Position numbers and translations under genes: made by a program. A DNA stretch of 64,000 bases from Octopus sinensis (taxonomy: Eukaryota): NCBI RefSeq assembly GCF_006345805.1, contig NC_043020.1, forward strand, positions 18,972,001-19,036,000. Direction: 5' to 3'. This document shows positions 38,790 through 52,059 of the stretch, in pieces. How positions within the stretch are numbered: position 1 is the stretch's first letter; every line of letters begins with the position of its first letter. The notes below the pieces were generated by a model. The model was not told the origin of the DNA. It ran no database searches and saw only the letters and a program-made list of their open reading frames with translations.

Positions 38790-39790
38790 CTGTAACGTCA
38801 TAAATTATATTTAGGAAAAATTTGATTAAGGTATTTCAGGAAATAGGATTGTATGTATCACCGTTAATTTTCTTGATGTAACGTTAAGACTGGATAATGA
38901 TAGTTTCAGGCCATACCACAAACCAAACGAGACGTTAGTATATACACATTAACAATTGAATAACTGACCTTGTATATTGAAGACCTTGGTTGGTTATATT
39001 AGTAAACGGGTATCCTCGATATCTTCTAGTAATGATGTTTTTATGGGTACAGCTGATATTACAATGAGGCGCTAAGAAATGATGGGTTCTTCGATAAAAT
39101 TAGATACACGAAAATCACTGGGAACACACAGCGTGAGAACGGGAATAAGAAAAGGAACATTTTATGGTATAACCCCAGTTGTTAAGCTAAGAGGAAAAAC
39201 TAATATTGCTAGAGAATTTCTGCCAGATATTGAAAATGAACTGTGTTAAGGTTGGTTATTCAGCTCGTTAGAATTTTGGGTGTTATATCAGAGGCTACAA
39301 TGCAGCGAAGCTGAATAGAAGAGTGATGTAAACAGCTGGCCAACGAAGATTATGCAACTTTAGAATTTGTGAGAACTGCCCATTAGACGGTAACTGTCTG
39401 GAAAAGCCGATAGTATACAATGCCAAGGTAGCATCAAACAGCAGAGATGAACCTAAAGCATATATTGGAATAACTGAACTCACGTTCAAAACAGTTATTA
39501 CAAGCACAACCATTATTTTGTGTGCCTCGCTAGAAAATGTGTTACGGCTTTGTCGAAATTTATATGGTTCTTGTGTGAGATGAATCTTCAAGGATTCAAA
39601 ATTAACCATTCTATTCTACATATTCAACCATACAAGACCGGGAGCTTCAAATCAAAGACGTGATGTGACATTTGTTTGAGCAAAGATTGAGCATTTTGAC
39701 TCAAGACAGTTACAGTTTAAACAAAAGAACTGAGCTTTTAGCGCCAAATATCTTTTATGTAATAACAAGCGTTCTTGAATTTCGTTTTGT
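38790..39790 (+). mobile_element. Second Penelope-like (Naiad-like) remnant, RT thumb plus GIY-YIG
   Basis: VNFLDVTLRLDNDSFRPYHKPNETL; NKKRNILWYNP; NCPLDGNCLEKPIVYNAKV...KAYIGITELTFK. Confidence 0.85.
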
Positions 39791-40574
39791 TTCAGAACCA
39801 ACTTCTGTTTCGAAACGTTTAAAAATATGTTTTATTGATAAATGTTTTAATATGTCTGTCAATATGTGCATATGTGTATATGTATGCATGCTTATATAAT
39901 TCTGTGTATATATGTGTGCACGGGTGTGCACATGTGTTTACGTATGCGCCTGCACAGGCACATGCAAAATGCACACGCACATACACACTCATTGTTTTAT
40001 TTTTTAAATATTAATAAAAAGTATTACGGGAATCTGAAATGAAATCACAAGCATGAACTTGGAGCAGCCGTTTTTGCACGAGTGGCTTAAGCAAGAGAAC
40101 ACAAACGATAAGATTTTTCTTCAAACTTTTATTTCATATTTGAAAAACATATTCGAACAATGAATATTTCAAAAGTAAGCAGGCTCAGTGTACAATCTGA
40201 TGATTGGAAATGAGTAATTTGGCTACTGGGAATTGGAGGCTTTCATTTATAATGCTTCAAAGAATAACCTACGTTTGTATTGACGTCTGTAATCTATCGC
40301 TTCTGGTGAATCCGTTTATAATATAATATAATATAATATAATATATATAATATAATATAACGATTCCAAATTTTTTTCCAGAAGGGCAGCTTGGGGTGGA
40401 GGTTAAGTCGATTACATCGACCCCAGAGCGTAACAAGTACTTATTTCATTGACCCCGAAAGGATGACAGACAAAGTCGACCTCAGCGGATTTGAACTCAG
40501 AACGTAGCGGCAGACGAAATATAATATAATATAATATAATATAATATAACATAAATATAATATAATATAATATA

Positions 40575-40648
<74 letters not shown>

Positions 40649-40660
40649 TATATATATATA

Positions 40661-40699
<39 letters not shown>

Positions 40700-40844
40700 T
40701 ATAATTAATTTGTTCAAAGAAAGAATTATTTTCGATTATTTTCTTTTATGAGGTTTTCACGCTAGCTACCCGATAATTTCTTGTTAAGATCCCTTATTAA
40801 GAGATTATCCTTAATTGTTAAACTTATATATATATATATATATA

Positions 40845-41162
40845 ACGGGAAGCTTTATGAAAATAGACAAAACGAAGGCAGGTGGAAAACAAACAAACAA
40901 TTGTATTAGTATGGCGCTCAGGAAATATAAATAAAACAAGTCTTTAACGTTTCGAGCCTACGCTCTTCAATAGAAAGATACACAGAGAGAAAAAAAACAC
41001 AGAAAGAACGAGAGAGAAAAAATGCGTGCAGTAACTAACGAATCAACATGGCGATCTGATTTCGGCCAGAGGTCAAAGATCAAACATGAGACGCGAGAGC
41101 GAAATAAGGGGAGATAATAGGGTTGATAATAGGGTTGAATGACCAGCTATTAGTGCGTAGGA
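40845..41162 (-). mobile_element. Penelope-like terminal fragment with decayed hammerhead (40940-40980), cut by gap
   Basis: UUGAAGAGCGUAGGCUCGAAACGUU; same family as 22480-22690. Confidence 0.55.
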
Positions 41163-41262
41163 NNNNNNNNNNNNNNNNNNNNNNNNNNNNNNNNNNNNNN
41201 NNNNNNNNNNNNNNNNNNNNNNNNNNNNNNNNNNNNNNNNNNNNNNNNNNNNNNNNNNNNNN
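41163..41262. other. Assembly gap (100 N)
   Basis: Direct reading. Confidence 1.
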
Positions 41263-41327
41263 CAGCATTTTCTTCATTTCCTTTTTTTATATATCACAAC
41301 TCGTGTTCCACATCTCCTTTTTTTAAA

Positions 41328-41359
<32 letters not shown>

Positions 41360-41454
41360 ATATATTATATATATATATATATATATATAATACACAACAC
41401 ACACACACACACCACACAACACCTATATATATAATATATACACACATCTGTATG

Positions 41455-41491
<37 letters not shown>

Positions 41492-41789
41492 CACACATTC
41501 GGCCACCTAAGATGGACGCGCTATGTTGCTCTAACGAACCTACGAAACTTTAAGTCAGATGGCGTCGAATCAAATTGTTTTAAATAATAACTAAATTCGT
41601 TGAGTGCTTCTATTTTGGGTTGCCTTTTCCGACACTGTCATGTCTGACAGGGTCTTCATGCTGAAGACTATGAAGTAGTGATTCCCATATTTCTATAAAG
41701 CATTAGGAATTTATTTGTGTTTTACTTCTTAAAAATTTCGATTTGAAATAAGTTTATAACCTGTCCTAAGAGTCGTCGTGTGTTACAAG

Positions 41790-42620
41790 ATTATGACAGT
41801 GTCAAAGAACTTGTTAGTGTGTGGAAACATCGGTAGAATATCAACATCTTAAAACTAAGTGGAGTGTCAAAAGCTTGGCAAAATATCTAAACCATTAATG
41901 TTAGAGTTTGACAGAATGCTAACAAGAATGAGAGAACGTTTAAAGCTCAAAGAAAATTAGTTGTAGAACTTTTAAAGCTGACTGAATAAGCTTGGTAGAG
42001 TGCAAAATTCCTTGTTAAAAGATTGACAGAATGTTAAAATCCAGACAGAATATTTAAGCTTTGACAGAATATCAAACATTTGGAAAGTATAAATGCCTGA
42101 TTGTCAAAAGTTTGGTAAAATTTCGAAATCCTTGTAGAGTTTTAAAGGCTTTGCATAATTTTAAAAGTTGGCTAAATTGTTAAAATTGTTAAATAGACTT
42201 GGTGCAAAGAAAGCTATATGTCAAACATCGTCAGTGTGTCAAAAAATTGGCTGATTGTCAAACGCTTAGTAGAGTCAAAAGCTTGGGAGTATGTCAAAAG
42301 CTTGGTAGCGTGATAAAGGAACAACAGAATGACACATGCCAAGTAGTATGTCAAAACGTTTGAAGAATGTCAAACGTTTGGCGCAATACCGAAAACTTGG
42401 CAAACTGTTAAAACCTTGGCATAATGTTGAAATTTTGGTAGACAATGAAAACTTTAGTTGAGAGTTACAAAACCAGTAGAGCTTTAAAACCTTTGGAAGA
42501 TTGTCAAAGCTAAGTGTAGTGTTAATTTGAGTGTTAAATGGTTGCTAGAATATCGAAACCTTGTCATGGAATAAGAGTTAGATACAAAGTAGCGTGCTAA
42601 AAGTTCGGCAAAATATCAAA
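41790..42620 (+). repeat. Highly degenerate minisatellite, unit about 19 bp (consensus near AGAATGTCAAAAGCTTGGC)
   Basis: Consecutive 19-mers aaactgttaaaaccttggc, ataatgttgaaattttggt, agacaatgaaaactttagt. Confidence 0.7.
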
Positions 42621-43192
42621 GAGCATTCTTTGAAAGAACTCTGTTTTAGAATCTTCCCTAGATGTCCTTGGCTGTCTTTTCAGATTCTTGTATCCTTGTT
42701 GTAAAGTCCTTATCAGCAAAAAACAAACAAACGCATTACGTTTGATATCGTTTTGCTTAAAATTTCGGTGTTTTCTAAAACAACATAAATTTCTTTTGAC
42801 TTCACAGAATTGAAAACAGCTTCGAAAAGAAGACAGAAACACAGACGCAATGCCCACTCTCTCAAACGAACACACACATACACACACACATGGACACGAA
42901 AACACCAACACGAACACACACGCACACGAACACACACGCACACATACACACATACACACATGTCTCTGTTTGCGTGTTGGACGCGCCAAAATACGACAGC
43001 TTCCTCGGACATTCGGTTGGTTGTGTTTTCACGTCCATGAAACTTTGAGTAACACGAAGAGCTAAGTCAACATGTTACTCAATAAATACAACTCCAACCG
43101 TACGGGTCGAGTGCTACATTCGTTTGTTCGTTCACTCACTCATGTATATATACATGCATACATACACACACACACACACGCATATATATATA

Positions 43193-43225
<33 letters not shown>

Positions 43226-44299
43226 GTATAGATATATTTATATATATATATATTATATATGTATGTATAAACTATATATATATATATATATATACACATA
43301 TAATATATATATATATATATACACATACATTTATATACATCAACATATATATAGTTGTATATATATGTATATATGTATATGCATATATCTGTATACTTAT
43401 ATGCATATAATGCACACACACACATGTATATATATACATACACACACATTTATATATATGAACATGTATATGTATATACACGAACAGATATATGTATATA
43501 TATATATATATATATATACTTATATCTGTATACTTATATATATATATACACACACATACACACATATGCATACATCCATACACACACACATACACACACA
43601 CATACACACATACAGATACATACACACACATACCTATGTGTATATTTTCACCGAGAAATGTGTTAAGATGTCTGTAGGTCAGTGAGATGTTGCGTGGCGT
43701 AAAAAGGTAAACATGGTCACTAGTTTCTATGATGTATTCATCTCTTAACAATATCTCTCTCTCGGTGAATATAAAATAGTTACTAATATCACATTGATAT
43801 CTCAACACACCGATGTACTTCTTTCACACAGGCTGTTGGATATTTTGGTTCGTTTCTTTACTGTCTGTTATTTTTTTTTTATTTGAATCTCTTTAACTCA
43901 ATTATAGTCTTTTTATTACCTTCTTCTTCTCTTCTTCTTCTTCTTCTTCTTCTTCTTCTTCTTCTTCTTCTTCTCTTCTTCTTTTCTTATCTTCTTCTTC
44001 TTCTTCTTCTTCTTCTTCGTTCTTCTTCGTCATCGTCGTCGTTGTTGTTATTCAGGTTAGTGTCTACTATCATTATTGTTGTTCTTGCGGTGGTGGTGGT
44101 GGTGGTGTTGCAATCAGCGACACTGTGCTTCGAGTCGCTTCTAAGTTTTGTTCTATTTTAACTCTCTTTCAAAGATTTACATTCAAGGCTTTTGCTTCGT
44201 CGCCAAGGTTCTGAAGAGGTGTTTAGAGTCATTGTAGTTTCGTCCTTTGAAGCGGAACACGGGGATTACTTTTTGAAAAGTTTACCCATTTCTTAAAAA

Positions 44300-45110
44300 A
44301 GTTAAAGGAAACATGGCGTCTAAGGGAGTTAAATAAAAGATTGAAAGTCCGGTTTTCTTGCTACTTCCCCACTGTTAGGACAAAGCACCACCAATATCAC
44401 CACCAGTGCTGTCCGAGACAATAACAGCAGCAACAAGGAGGTGAGATTTCCGACAGAGGATCAAGTGAGGAAGCTCTTCACACCAACCTTAAAGAGTGAC
44501 AAACTGGTCCTCATAAAAGTCTACCTTGGCCATAGGGTAATAAAGATAAAGTTAGTCGACGTGCCACCAGAAGTAAATATCTGTTGGTTGGTGGCGGCTA
44601 TCCTCTAACATTCTGTTGTAGAAAACAAAGTTTATCGGATCAAGGAATGGAATTAATGATCCAAACGGATCATGAAAGTATAGAATTAATCCCGGATCAA
44701 TTTAACCGACGGCTCATATCTTTACTTAGCTGTTGAGAGTAGAAAGCTAAGGAATTAATTGTGTGGTTCCGCAAACTTAAGTATTTCTGTCCACAATGAA
44801 AGAGGAGAAAATGAAGACGCCCGCTTCTGCCGCAAACCACCACCAGCAAAAACAGCAGCAGAGCCACCGGCAACAATCCGTCACAGCAGCACCACTGAAA
44901 TAATCAGCCCTGAAGGCAACAACCTTTATTGTAGCTGTACCGGCAGTTGAAGCAACAACAAAATCAACAAAAACAAAGAAAATACTGCGCTCACGAGCCA
45001 CATGATCACCAACAAGAACAGCAAGTTACAGCTCCCAAGGACATTCAAAACTCCCAAGAACAGAACAAAACGCCAATGGTCCCTAGGACATGCCCCTCCC
45101 CACTTGGGAT
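44300..45110 (+). mobile_element. Probable L1/Tx1 ORF1 remnant
   Basis: Decayed frame EVRFPTEDQVRKLFTPTLKSDKLVLIKVYLGHRVIKIKLVDVPPEVNICWLVAAIL; assignment from recalled resemblance only. Confidence 0.4.
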
Positions 45111-45126
45111 CACTCAAACATGTGTA

Positions 45127-45580
45127 CTCTTTACTCATTTACTCTTAAACTCTTTTACTTGTTTCAGGCTTTTGACTGCGGCCATGTCGGAGCACCGCCT
45201 TTAGTCGAGCAAATCGACCCCAAGACTTATTCTTTGGAAGCCTAGTACTTATTCTATCGGTCTCTTTTGTCGAACCGCTAAGTGACGGGGACGTAAACAC
45301 ACCAGCATCTGTTGTCAAGCGATGTTGGGGGGCAAACACAGACACATACACACACACACACACACACAACACACACACACACACAAACACACACATACAC
45401 ACACTATATATATATAATACATATATACGACGGGCTTCTTTCAGTTTCCGTTTACCAAATCCACTCACAAAACTTTGGTCAGCCCGAGGCTATAGTAGAA
45501 GACACTTGCCGAAGGTGCCACGCAGTGGGACTGAACCCGGAACCATGTGGTTGGTAAGCAAGCTACTTACAACACACCCA
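45127..45580 (-). mobile_element. SINE family A, full length
   Basis: Reverse-oriented tail, linker and head. Confidence 0.9.
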
Positions 45581-45862
45581 CTCCATATTTACGTTCTGAG
45601 TTCAAATTCCGCCCAGGTCGACTTTGCCTTTCATCCTTCAGGGACCGATAAAATATACGTATCAGTTGAACACTGGGGATCAATGTAATCAACTTACTCC
45701 TCCCAAATTGCTGGCCTTGTGCTTAAATTTGAAACCATTTCAAATATGCTTGAAAGATATTTGAAGTCGTAAGAAGGTTGTTCCTTACAGTTTCTCATGA
45801 AGAAATATTCTCGCTTCAGATAAGAGTGTAAACACTATGGCCAGTTCGGAGCGTCCTCTAGT

Positions 45863-45911
45863 GGATTGATACATGTGTGCATTTCGAAGTACTTATCTTC
45901 TCATTAGCACC
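45863..45911 (-). ncRNA. Type I hammerhead motif, family E (core G5A)
   Basis: CUAAUGA-GAAG auaagua CUUC-GAAA-UGCA caca UGUA-UC; homologous to 14640-14685. Confidence 0.55.
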
Positions 45912-46129
45912 AGATACCAGAGCGAGGCAACTTCGAACTCGATCAACAAGAGGACACTCTGAACTGACCCTGGCGTGTTTACATCATGTTGTCTACTCTG
46001 AGAATTTCCCTCCATGACCAAATTGCAGTGAATAGCTTTCGCACGGGTTCAAATATTTCTACAGATTATATTGCTACAAACAACATTATTAACCTAGCGC
46101 ATTGTACGGGGTTAATAACGGCAACTATA

Positions 46130-46131
46130 GT

Positions 46132-46166
<35 letters not shown>

Positions 46167-46360
46167 TAGTAGTAGTAGCAGCAGCAGCAACAACAACAAT
46201 AACAAACCTATAACTTCAGTCATAATAATCATAGAGTTATTAACAACAAATACCGCTGCCAAACACACCATCGACAGCGTGGATATGAGTGAGTAGAAGA
46301 GCCATGATGATGATATGATAACACAGGTGATAATAGAGGTGCCGTTGCTGCTGCTACTGC

Positions 46361-46401
<41 letters not shown>

Positions 46402-47166
46402 ATGATGATAATGATAATGTTGAAAATGAAGGATATGCTGATAATGATGGTGGTAGTGGTATTAGTGGTGGTGGTGCTGGTGATGATGATGTTGAAGACG
46501 ATGACTATGATGACGACGGTGATGACGACAACGGCAACGACGATGATGGTGATGACGATGATGATGATGATGGGGGTGGGTAGTAATGTTGATGATGATG
46601 GTGGCAGTGGTGGTGATGATGATGATGATGATGATGATGATAAACTGAATTGCACACGCGACTGCGTATGCAATTCAGGATGCGTTGAAAAATGAAAACA
46701 ATGTTTCAATACATTGAGGGAGAGAGACAATGGTGGGGGGGGGGAGCAGACAGACAGATGAAGAGAGGGGGAGAAATGGAGAAAGAGGTGGGAGAGTGAA
46801 AGGAGGAGGAGGAGGAAAGAACTGATGGTGGTGTGATGGTTGTAGGAATTATTTCTTTCGAGTTTCGCACAGTCACGGAACAGCCAACCATTTTGCTGAG
46901 GACCTCACGCTGCCAACAAGAACTTCACTAGCAGACTCTCACAGACTCTCACAGACTCTCGTAGACAAGCAAGCAGACATACAACAACAGAACAACAGAG
47001 GTGACGCTGTTAGTAGGGGTGTTGGTGGTGCTGGCGATGTTGGTGGTGGTGGCGATGTTGGTGGTGGTGGTTGTGACTGCTTGTGTCGGTAGGGGGGGGG
47101 GGCGACTTACTACCCAGACCAGATTGCAATAACAATAATTGCTACAGCAGCAGCAGCAGTAGCAGC

Positions 47167-47197
<31 letters not shown>

Positions 47198-47530
47198 ACA
47201 ATAACAAACAATAACAGCAATAACGAAATAAAGTTTTGTCAAAACGTAAACAGAAACACCACTATTTCCTTTCCACCATGCTCGCTACCCCCACATTCCC
47301 ATCCCTAACACCATCACCACCACCACCACCACCAACATAACATTCACTACCGCAACCACTGTTACCACGGCCACTATCACCGGCACTGTATCCACTACTA
47401 CAACTACTGCCACTACCACTACCACCACCACCACCACCATTACCACACTACTACTACAACCACAACAAAAACTACCACCATACTCACCACCATCTCCGCC
47501 AGCACCTCCACCCACCACATCCATCACCAC
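46130..47530. repeat. Compound trinucleotide microsatellite field (CAG, TAG, CAA, GAT, GGT, CAC)
   Basis: Direct reading. Confidence 0.9.
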
Positions 47531-48308
47531 CAAATATCTTCGGATCTTTTCTATTTGGCTGTCACTTTCCAATTTCTTCAACTTTTGTTCCAATTGATTT
47601 TATATTTGGTGTATTGGTGTAGTTTTGTATGATAATCATTGACATAGAATTCATTTCGTCGTAAATCAATAAATAAGGTTTGAAAAGTTTTGATAATTTT
47701 AGCCAATTGAAAGCCACTGAAATATTTATGTGCCTGTTTCCATAGTAACAAGCTAGCCTATTACCAAGCTGTTTACCCACGTGGTAATTTTTCGTTTATT
47801 AAATGCTTAAAATACATGACGTATGAGGTGGTCGTGAGATGTGCTAAAAATAATAGTTACATAGGCTTTAAATCACGTTTATTTGGATTTTGCATAATCG
47901 TATGAATTCCCGCATGTAGAATACAGATTCGCAAAATTTTTCTGAAAATTCCAAAAAATAAAAAATGTTATGCGGGGTTATATGGTATGAGTAAAGCAGA
48001 ATTCCACCAGTATTTCATTTGTTTACAGTCGACTTGTGCTGTCACGCACAAAATGACTGCTCCCAAATCCTGTTTTCTGATTGGGTAAAAATGATCAAAC
48101 TTTAAACTTTGCAGCTTAAGAAAAAAAAATCCGAAAAAATGTGAATTATCTCCGAGATTCAACATGAAAAATTACGTCAATATACCAAATTTTAAAATGT
48201 TCACTAAACTTTAAAATTTCCACAGGTACAGCCAAACAGAAAATTATTTTATCCTCGATTAATGTCTTGTTTGGGAATTTGGTAGAAGGAAACTGTGTAG
48301 AAGCATGA

Positions 48309-48359
<51 letters not shown>

Positions 48360-48367
48360 ATGTGTGG

Positions 48368-48409
<42 letters not shown>

Positions 48410-48742
48410 TTGTGTTTATCTCCTCCGCCGTTACAAGAGAACTGGTACTAGTATGATTACGCCCCCGTAACTTAGCGGTTCGATAAAATAAGACGGACAA
48501 AATAAGCACTAGACTTTAAAAGTAAGTACTGGGGTCGATTTGTTCGACTAAACCCCTCAAGGCCGCAGTCCATTGGCTAAAGCAAGTGAAAGTAAAATTA
48601 ACTTGACCAGTCAATGATTTAGCAAAAGAAATGTTGAAATCTGCGCGAAACACTGTTGGCAGGTCACTAATAGCCCGTGCCTGATAATGAGCCCCAACCG
48701 ATCTCGAAGACCAGAAGGAAAGCTATACCTTTGCTTTTCTCA

Positions 48743-49118
48743 TTCTTTTATTTGTTTATTTGTTTCAGTCATTTGACTGCGGCCATGCTGGAGCGCTATC
48801 TTGAAGTCGACTCCAGGACTTATTGTTTTTTTAATGCTGAGTACTTATTCTGTCGGTCTCTTTTGCCGACCTGCTAAGTTACGGGGGCATATACACACCA
48901 ACATCGGTTGTCAAGCGGTAATGGGGGCCACAGACACAGATATAAAGACACACGCACACACATACATATATGACGAGATTTTTTTCAGTTTCCGTCTACC
49001 AAATCCACTCACAAGTCTAGAGTAGTAGACATTTGCTCAAGATGCCACGCGGTGGGACTGAACCCGGGACCATGTGGTTGGGAAGCAAGCTTCTTATCAT
49101 ACAGCCACGCTTGCGCCT
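48743..49118 (-). mobile_element. SINE family A, diverged
   Basis: Reverse-oriented tail and head. Confidence 0.8.
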
Positions 49119-49683
49119 ACATGGTTATTTTCTAGTAGCCTTACAGTTTAATTATCATTATATTTCCTCATATTATGCAGTCCAGGTCAACTTTGCCTCT
49201 CATTTCTTTTCATTCTTTTAGAATATGTCGAAAATGAATACAATGAGAGAGAGAGAGAGAGGGGGGGGGGGAAACAGAGAAGGGTAGGGTAAAGTGTAAG
49301 GGCATAAGGGGCGAGACAGTGCAATTGGGAGAGAGAGAATTGATGGTAGCGATAAAATGAGTAGGTGTTGAACACTGGGGTCGATGTAATGGATTTGCCC
49401 CACCCCTCAAATTGCTGGCCTTATATCAAAATCGGGAAGAGTTATATATTGCCTAGCAGCTTTGCTCTAATTATGAATTACGTAATTTCGGTTGACTTCT
49501 CTGTGCACATGGTGTATACAAGAAAAGTATATTCGCATACATATTTGAAAGATTAATTATAAGCACCCTAACCGATTACAGGTAAGTTCACCGCCATCAA
49601 TTCACCGTGAAGAAAGTTCACCGTGGGGAAAGTTTACCGAGAAAATGTCTTCATAGTATTTCACCATTAGTAGTTAACAACAT

Positions 49684-50081
49684 AGGCGCAGGAGTGGATC
49701 TGTGGTAAGTAACTTGCTAATCAACCACATGGTTCCGGGTTCAGTCCCACTGCGTGGCATCTTGGGCAAGTGTCTTCTACTATAGCCTCGGGCCGACCAA
49801 AGCCTGGTGAGTGGATTTGGTAGACGGAAACTGAAAGAAGCCCGTCGTATATATGTACATATATGCGTGTGTGTGTTTGTGTATCTGTTTTTGTCCCCCT
49901 AGCATTGCTTGACAACCGATGCTGGTGTGTTTACATCCCCGTTACTTAGCGGTTCGGCAAAAGAGACCGATAGAATAAGTAGTGGGCTTACAAAAGAATA
50001 AGTCCCGGGATCGAGTTGCTCGACTAAAGGCGGTGCTCCACCATGGCCGCAGTCAAATGACTGAAACAAGTAAAAGAGTAA
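49684..50081 (+). mobile_element. SINE family A, full length
   Basis: Consensus-like. Confidence 0.92.
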
Positions 50082-50856
50082 CTATTTTATTGAAAAAACA
50101 AAACAGTGAATTGATGACTGAACTTTCCTTGTGGTAAAATGATGAAGGCGAGCTTACCAGACATGACCCTAAGCTGCGACAATTTAAATAAATCTGAGCA
50201 CATTTATCTTTAATATACCACTGTACAGTCAAACGTGGAAGGATGTTCGCTGTGGTAATTGTCTCGGAGGAGATATTCTCATGATTGACTACATATGTAA
50301 AAACAGACCAAGCTAAGCTTTGAATGATATTATCGGACTCTAAGATACATGTTTCTGTGCAGTTACGCTTCATTAGTGATAGACAGCACTTCAATCATTC
50401 ATAACCTTGAGGGAACTGCCGTCCCTATTAATAAGTTAATTAGCTATAAACAAAACGACTTGCCGCTTCTTAGTGTGCTTATAATTAAGTAATTCTACTT
50501 GACAAAGCTTTGCACATGCCTGCCAATTTATTTTTCTTTTTGGTGTTTAGATAAAAAATTACACTTCCAACAGCGCTATGAATGACGGAAGTGGCGATCT
50601 GACACCAATGAAAAATAACCCCGATGAAAAATAACCCCACAGTGCAATGACGTCATTCAGAGCCCAGCTGAATGTTTTTTTTCGTACATTGTTTATGAGA
50701 AAAATGATTTTGTCATAGACTGCTACCGCAGCGAATGTCTTTTCTTTTGAGTGCATACGAGCACTTTAATTATAAATGAACACGGTTTTATTTGAGACAC
50801 CTTCATTTCTATTATTACTATACATACATATGTGTACGTGCGCGTGCATTTACATA

Positions 50857-50914
<58 letters not shown>

Positions 50915-50919
<5 letters not shown>

Positions 50920-51330
50920 GTAGCATTTCTTATATTCCTTCCCATGACTTTTAATTCGTATGTTCCTGCCGTAAGGCTTCACTTCCACACACGCCAAATC
51001 AATGTAATTCGTCCTTAGTCGAAAGACACCTGTTGTTAATGTCCACTTGTTGTATTTGTAATTGTGTACCATTTCTCCGTTATTTTCGTCCTTGCTTTCT
51101 TCCAAAGAGTCTAGTGCTCTTAGCCGGCCAGATTGGAGCAGTCTCGAGTGTAACCAGCCGAAACTGCAAAGACGATCTGGTACTCGACTGAGGATAGGAA
51201 GCTCCGAACGGCCGGTCCTTGTTTTTTCCTGTCCTTTTTTGTATCGCCTAACTGTCCCAATGTTTTGTTATCGTCTCTTACGTTCTTGTTCCATTTTTTG
51301 TTTTCTTTTATACACAAACACACCACACAC
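50915..51330 (+). mobile_element. Diverged member of the four-helix ribozyme-like family (interior plus one terminal repeat)
   Basis: Motif at 51122-51218; interior blocks gccgtaaggcttc and agtcgaaagacacctgttgtt match the 3210-3500 interior on the minus strand. Confidence 0.7.
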
Positions 51331-51399
51331 ACACACACACACATATATATATACATATATATAAATACATATATAAATACATATATATAAATACATATA

Positions 51400-51444
<45 letters not shown>

Positions 51445-51448
51445 ATAT

Positions 51449-52059
51449 ATTATTGGTGAATTGAAGAAATGGAGCTGAACGCAGATTGAACAGAAATCGT
51501 TTTATTTCATTCTACACGTGTTTCGAAAGGCACAAATTACCAAAATCCGATTGAATAATGGGACCATATTGTGTCTTTCTCTTCAGGAAGAAAATAGGAA
51601 ATCCGTTGGAAAAACAAAAACAGAACAGAGGCGGAGCAAAAACAAATCGAACTATGCTCCTAAGAGCCCATGGCGAAACAGTTTCGCCATGGGCTCTTAG
51701 GAGCATAGTTCGATTTGTGTTTACTCCGCCTCTGTTCTGTTTTGTTTTTCCAACAGATTTCCTTTTTTCTTCCTGAAGAGAAAGACACAATATGGTCCCA
51801 TTATTCAATCGGATTTTGGTAATTTGTGCCTTTCGAAACACGTGTAGAATGAAATAAAACGATTTCTGTTCAATCTGCGTTCAGCTCCATTTCTTCAATT
51901 CACCAATAATGTTTTAATTTCAATTATCCGCACCAACGCACGGTTGCAACACCATATGGTTGTACCTCCAACCGTGCTGTTTACTGCTGTGATTTTTGCT
52001 ACTAAGGTATCGGTTAAACTTTTGATTAATCTACTACAAGATTATTCATCTTTCTATTT

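Noticed and set aside
41790-42620. CRISPR-like array
   Set aside because: Contiguous degenerate units without unique spacers; eukaryotic context; no cas genes
49570-50400. aagttcaccg repeats and a possible MULE transposase remnant
   Set aside because: Resemblance too weak; no TIR pair identified
51655-51690. Hammerhead-like motif at the palindrome axis (CCUAAGA-GCC cau GGC-GAAAC)
   Set aside because: Core has two mismatches, stem I partner is absent, and it is antisense to the intact motif in the same arm
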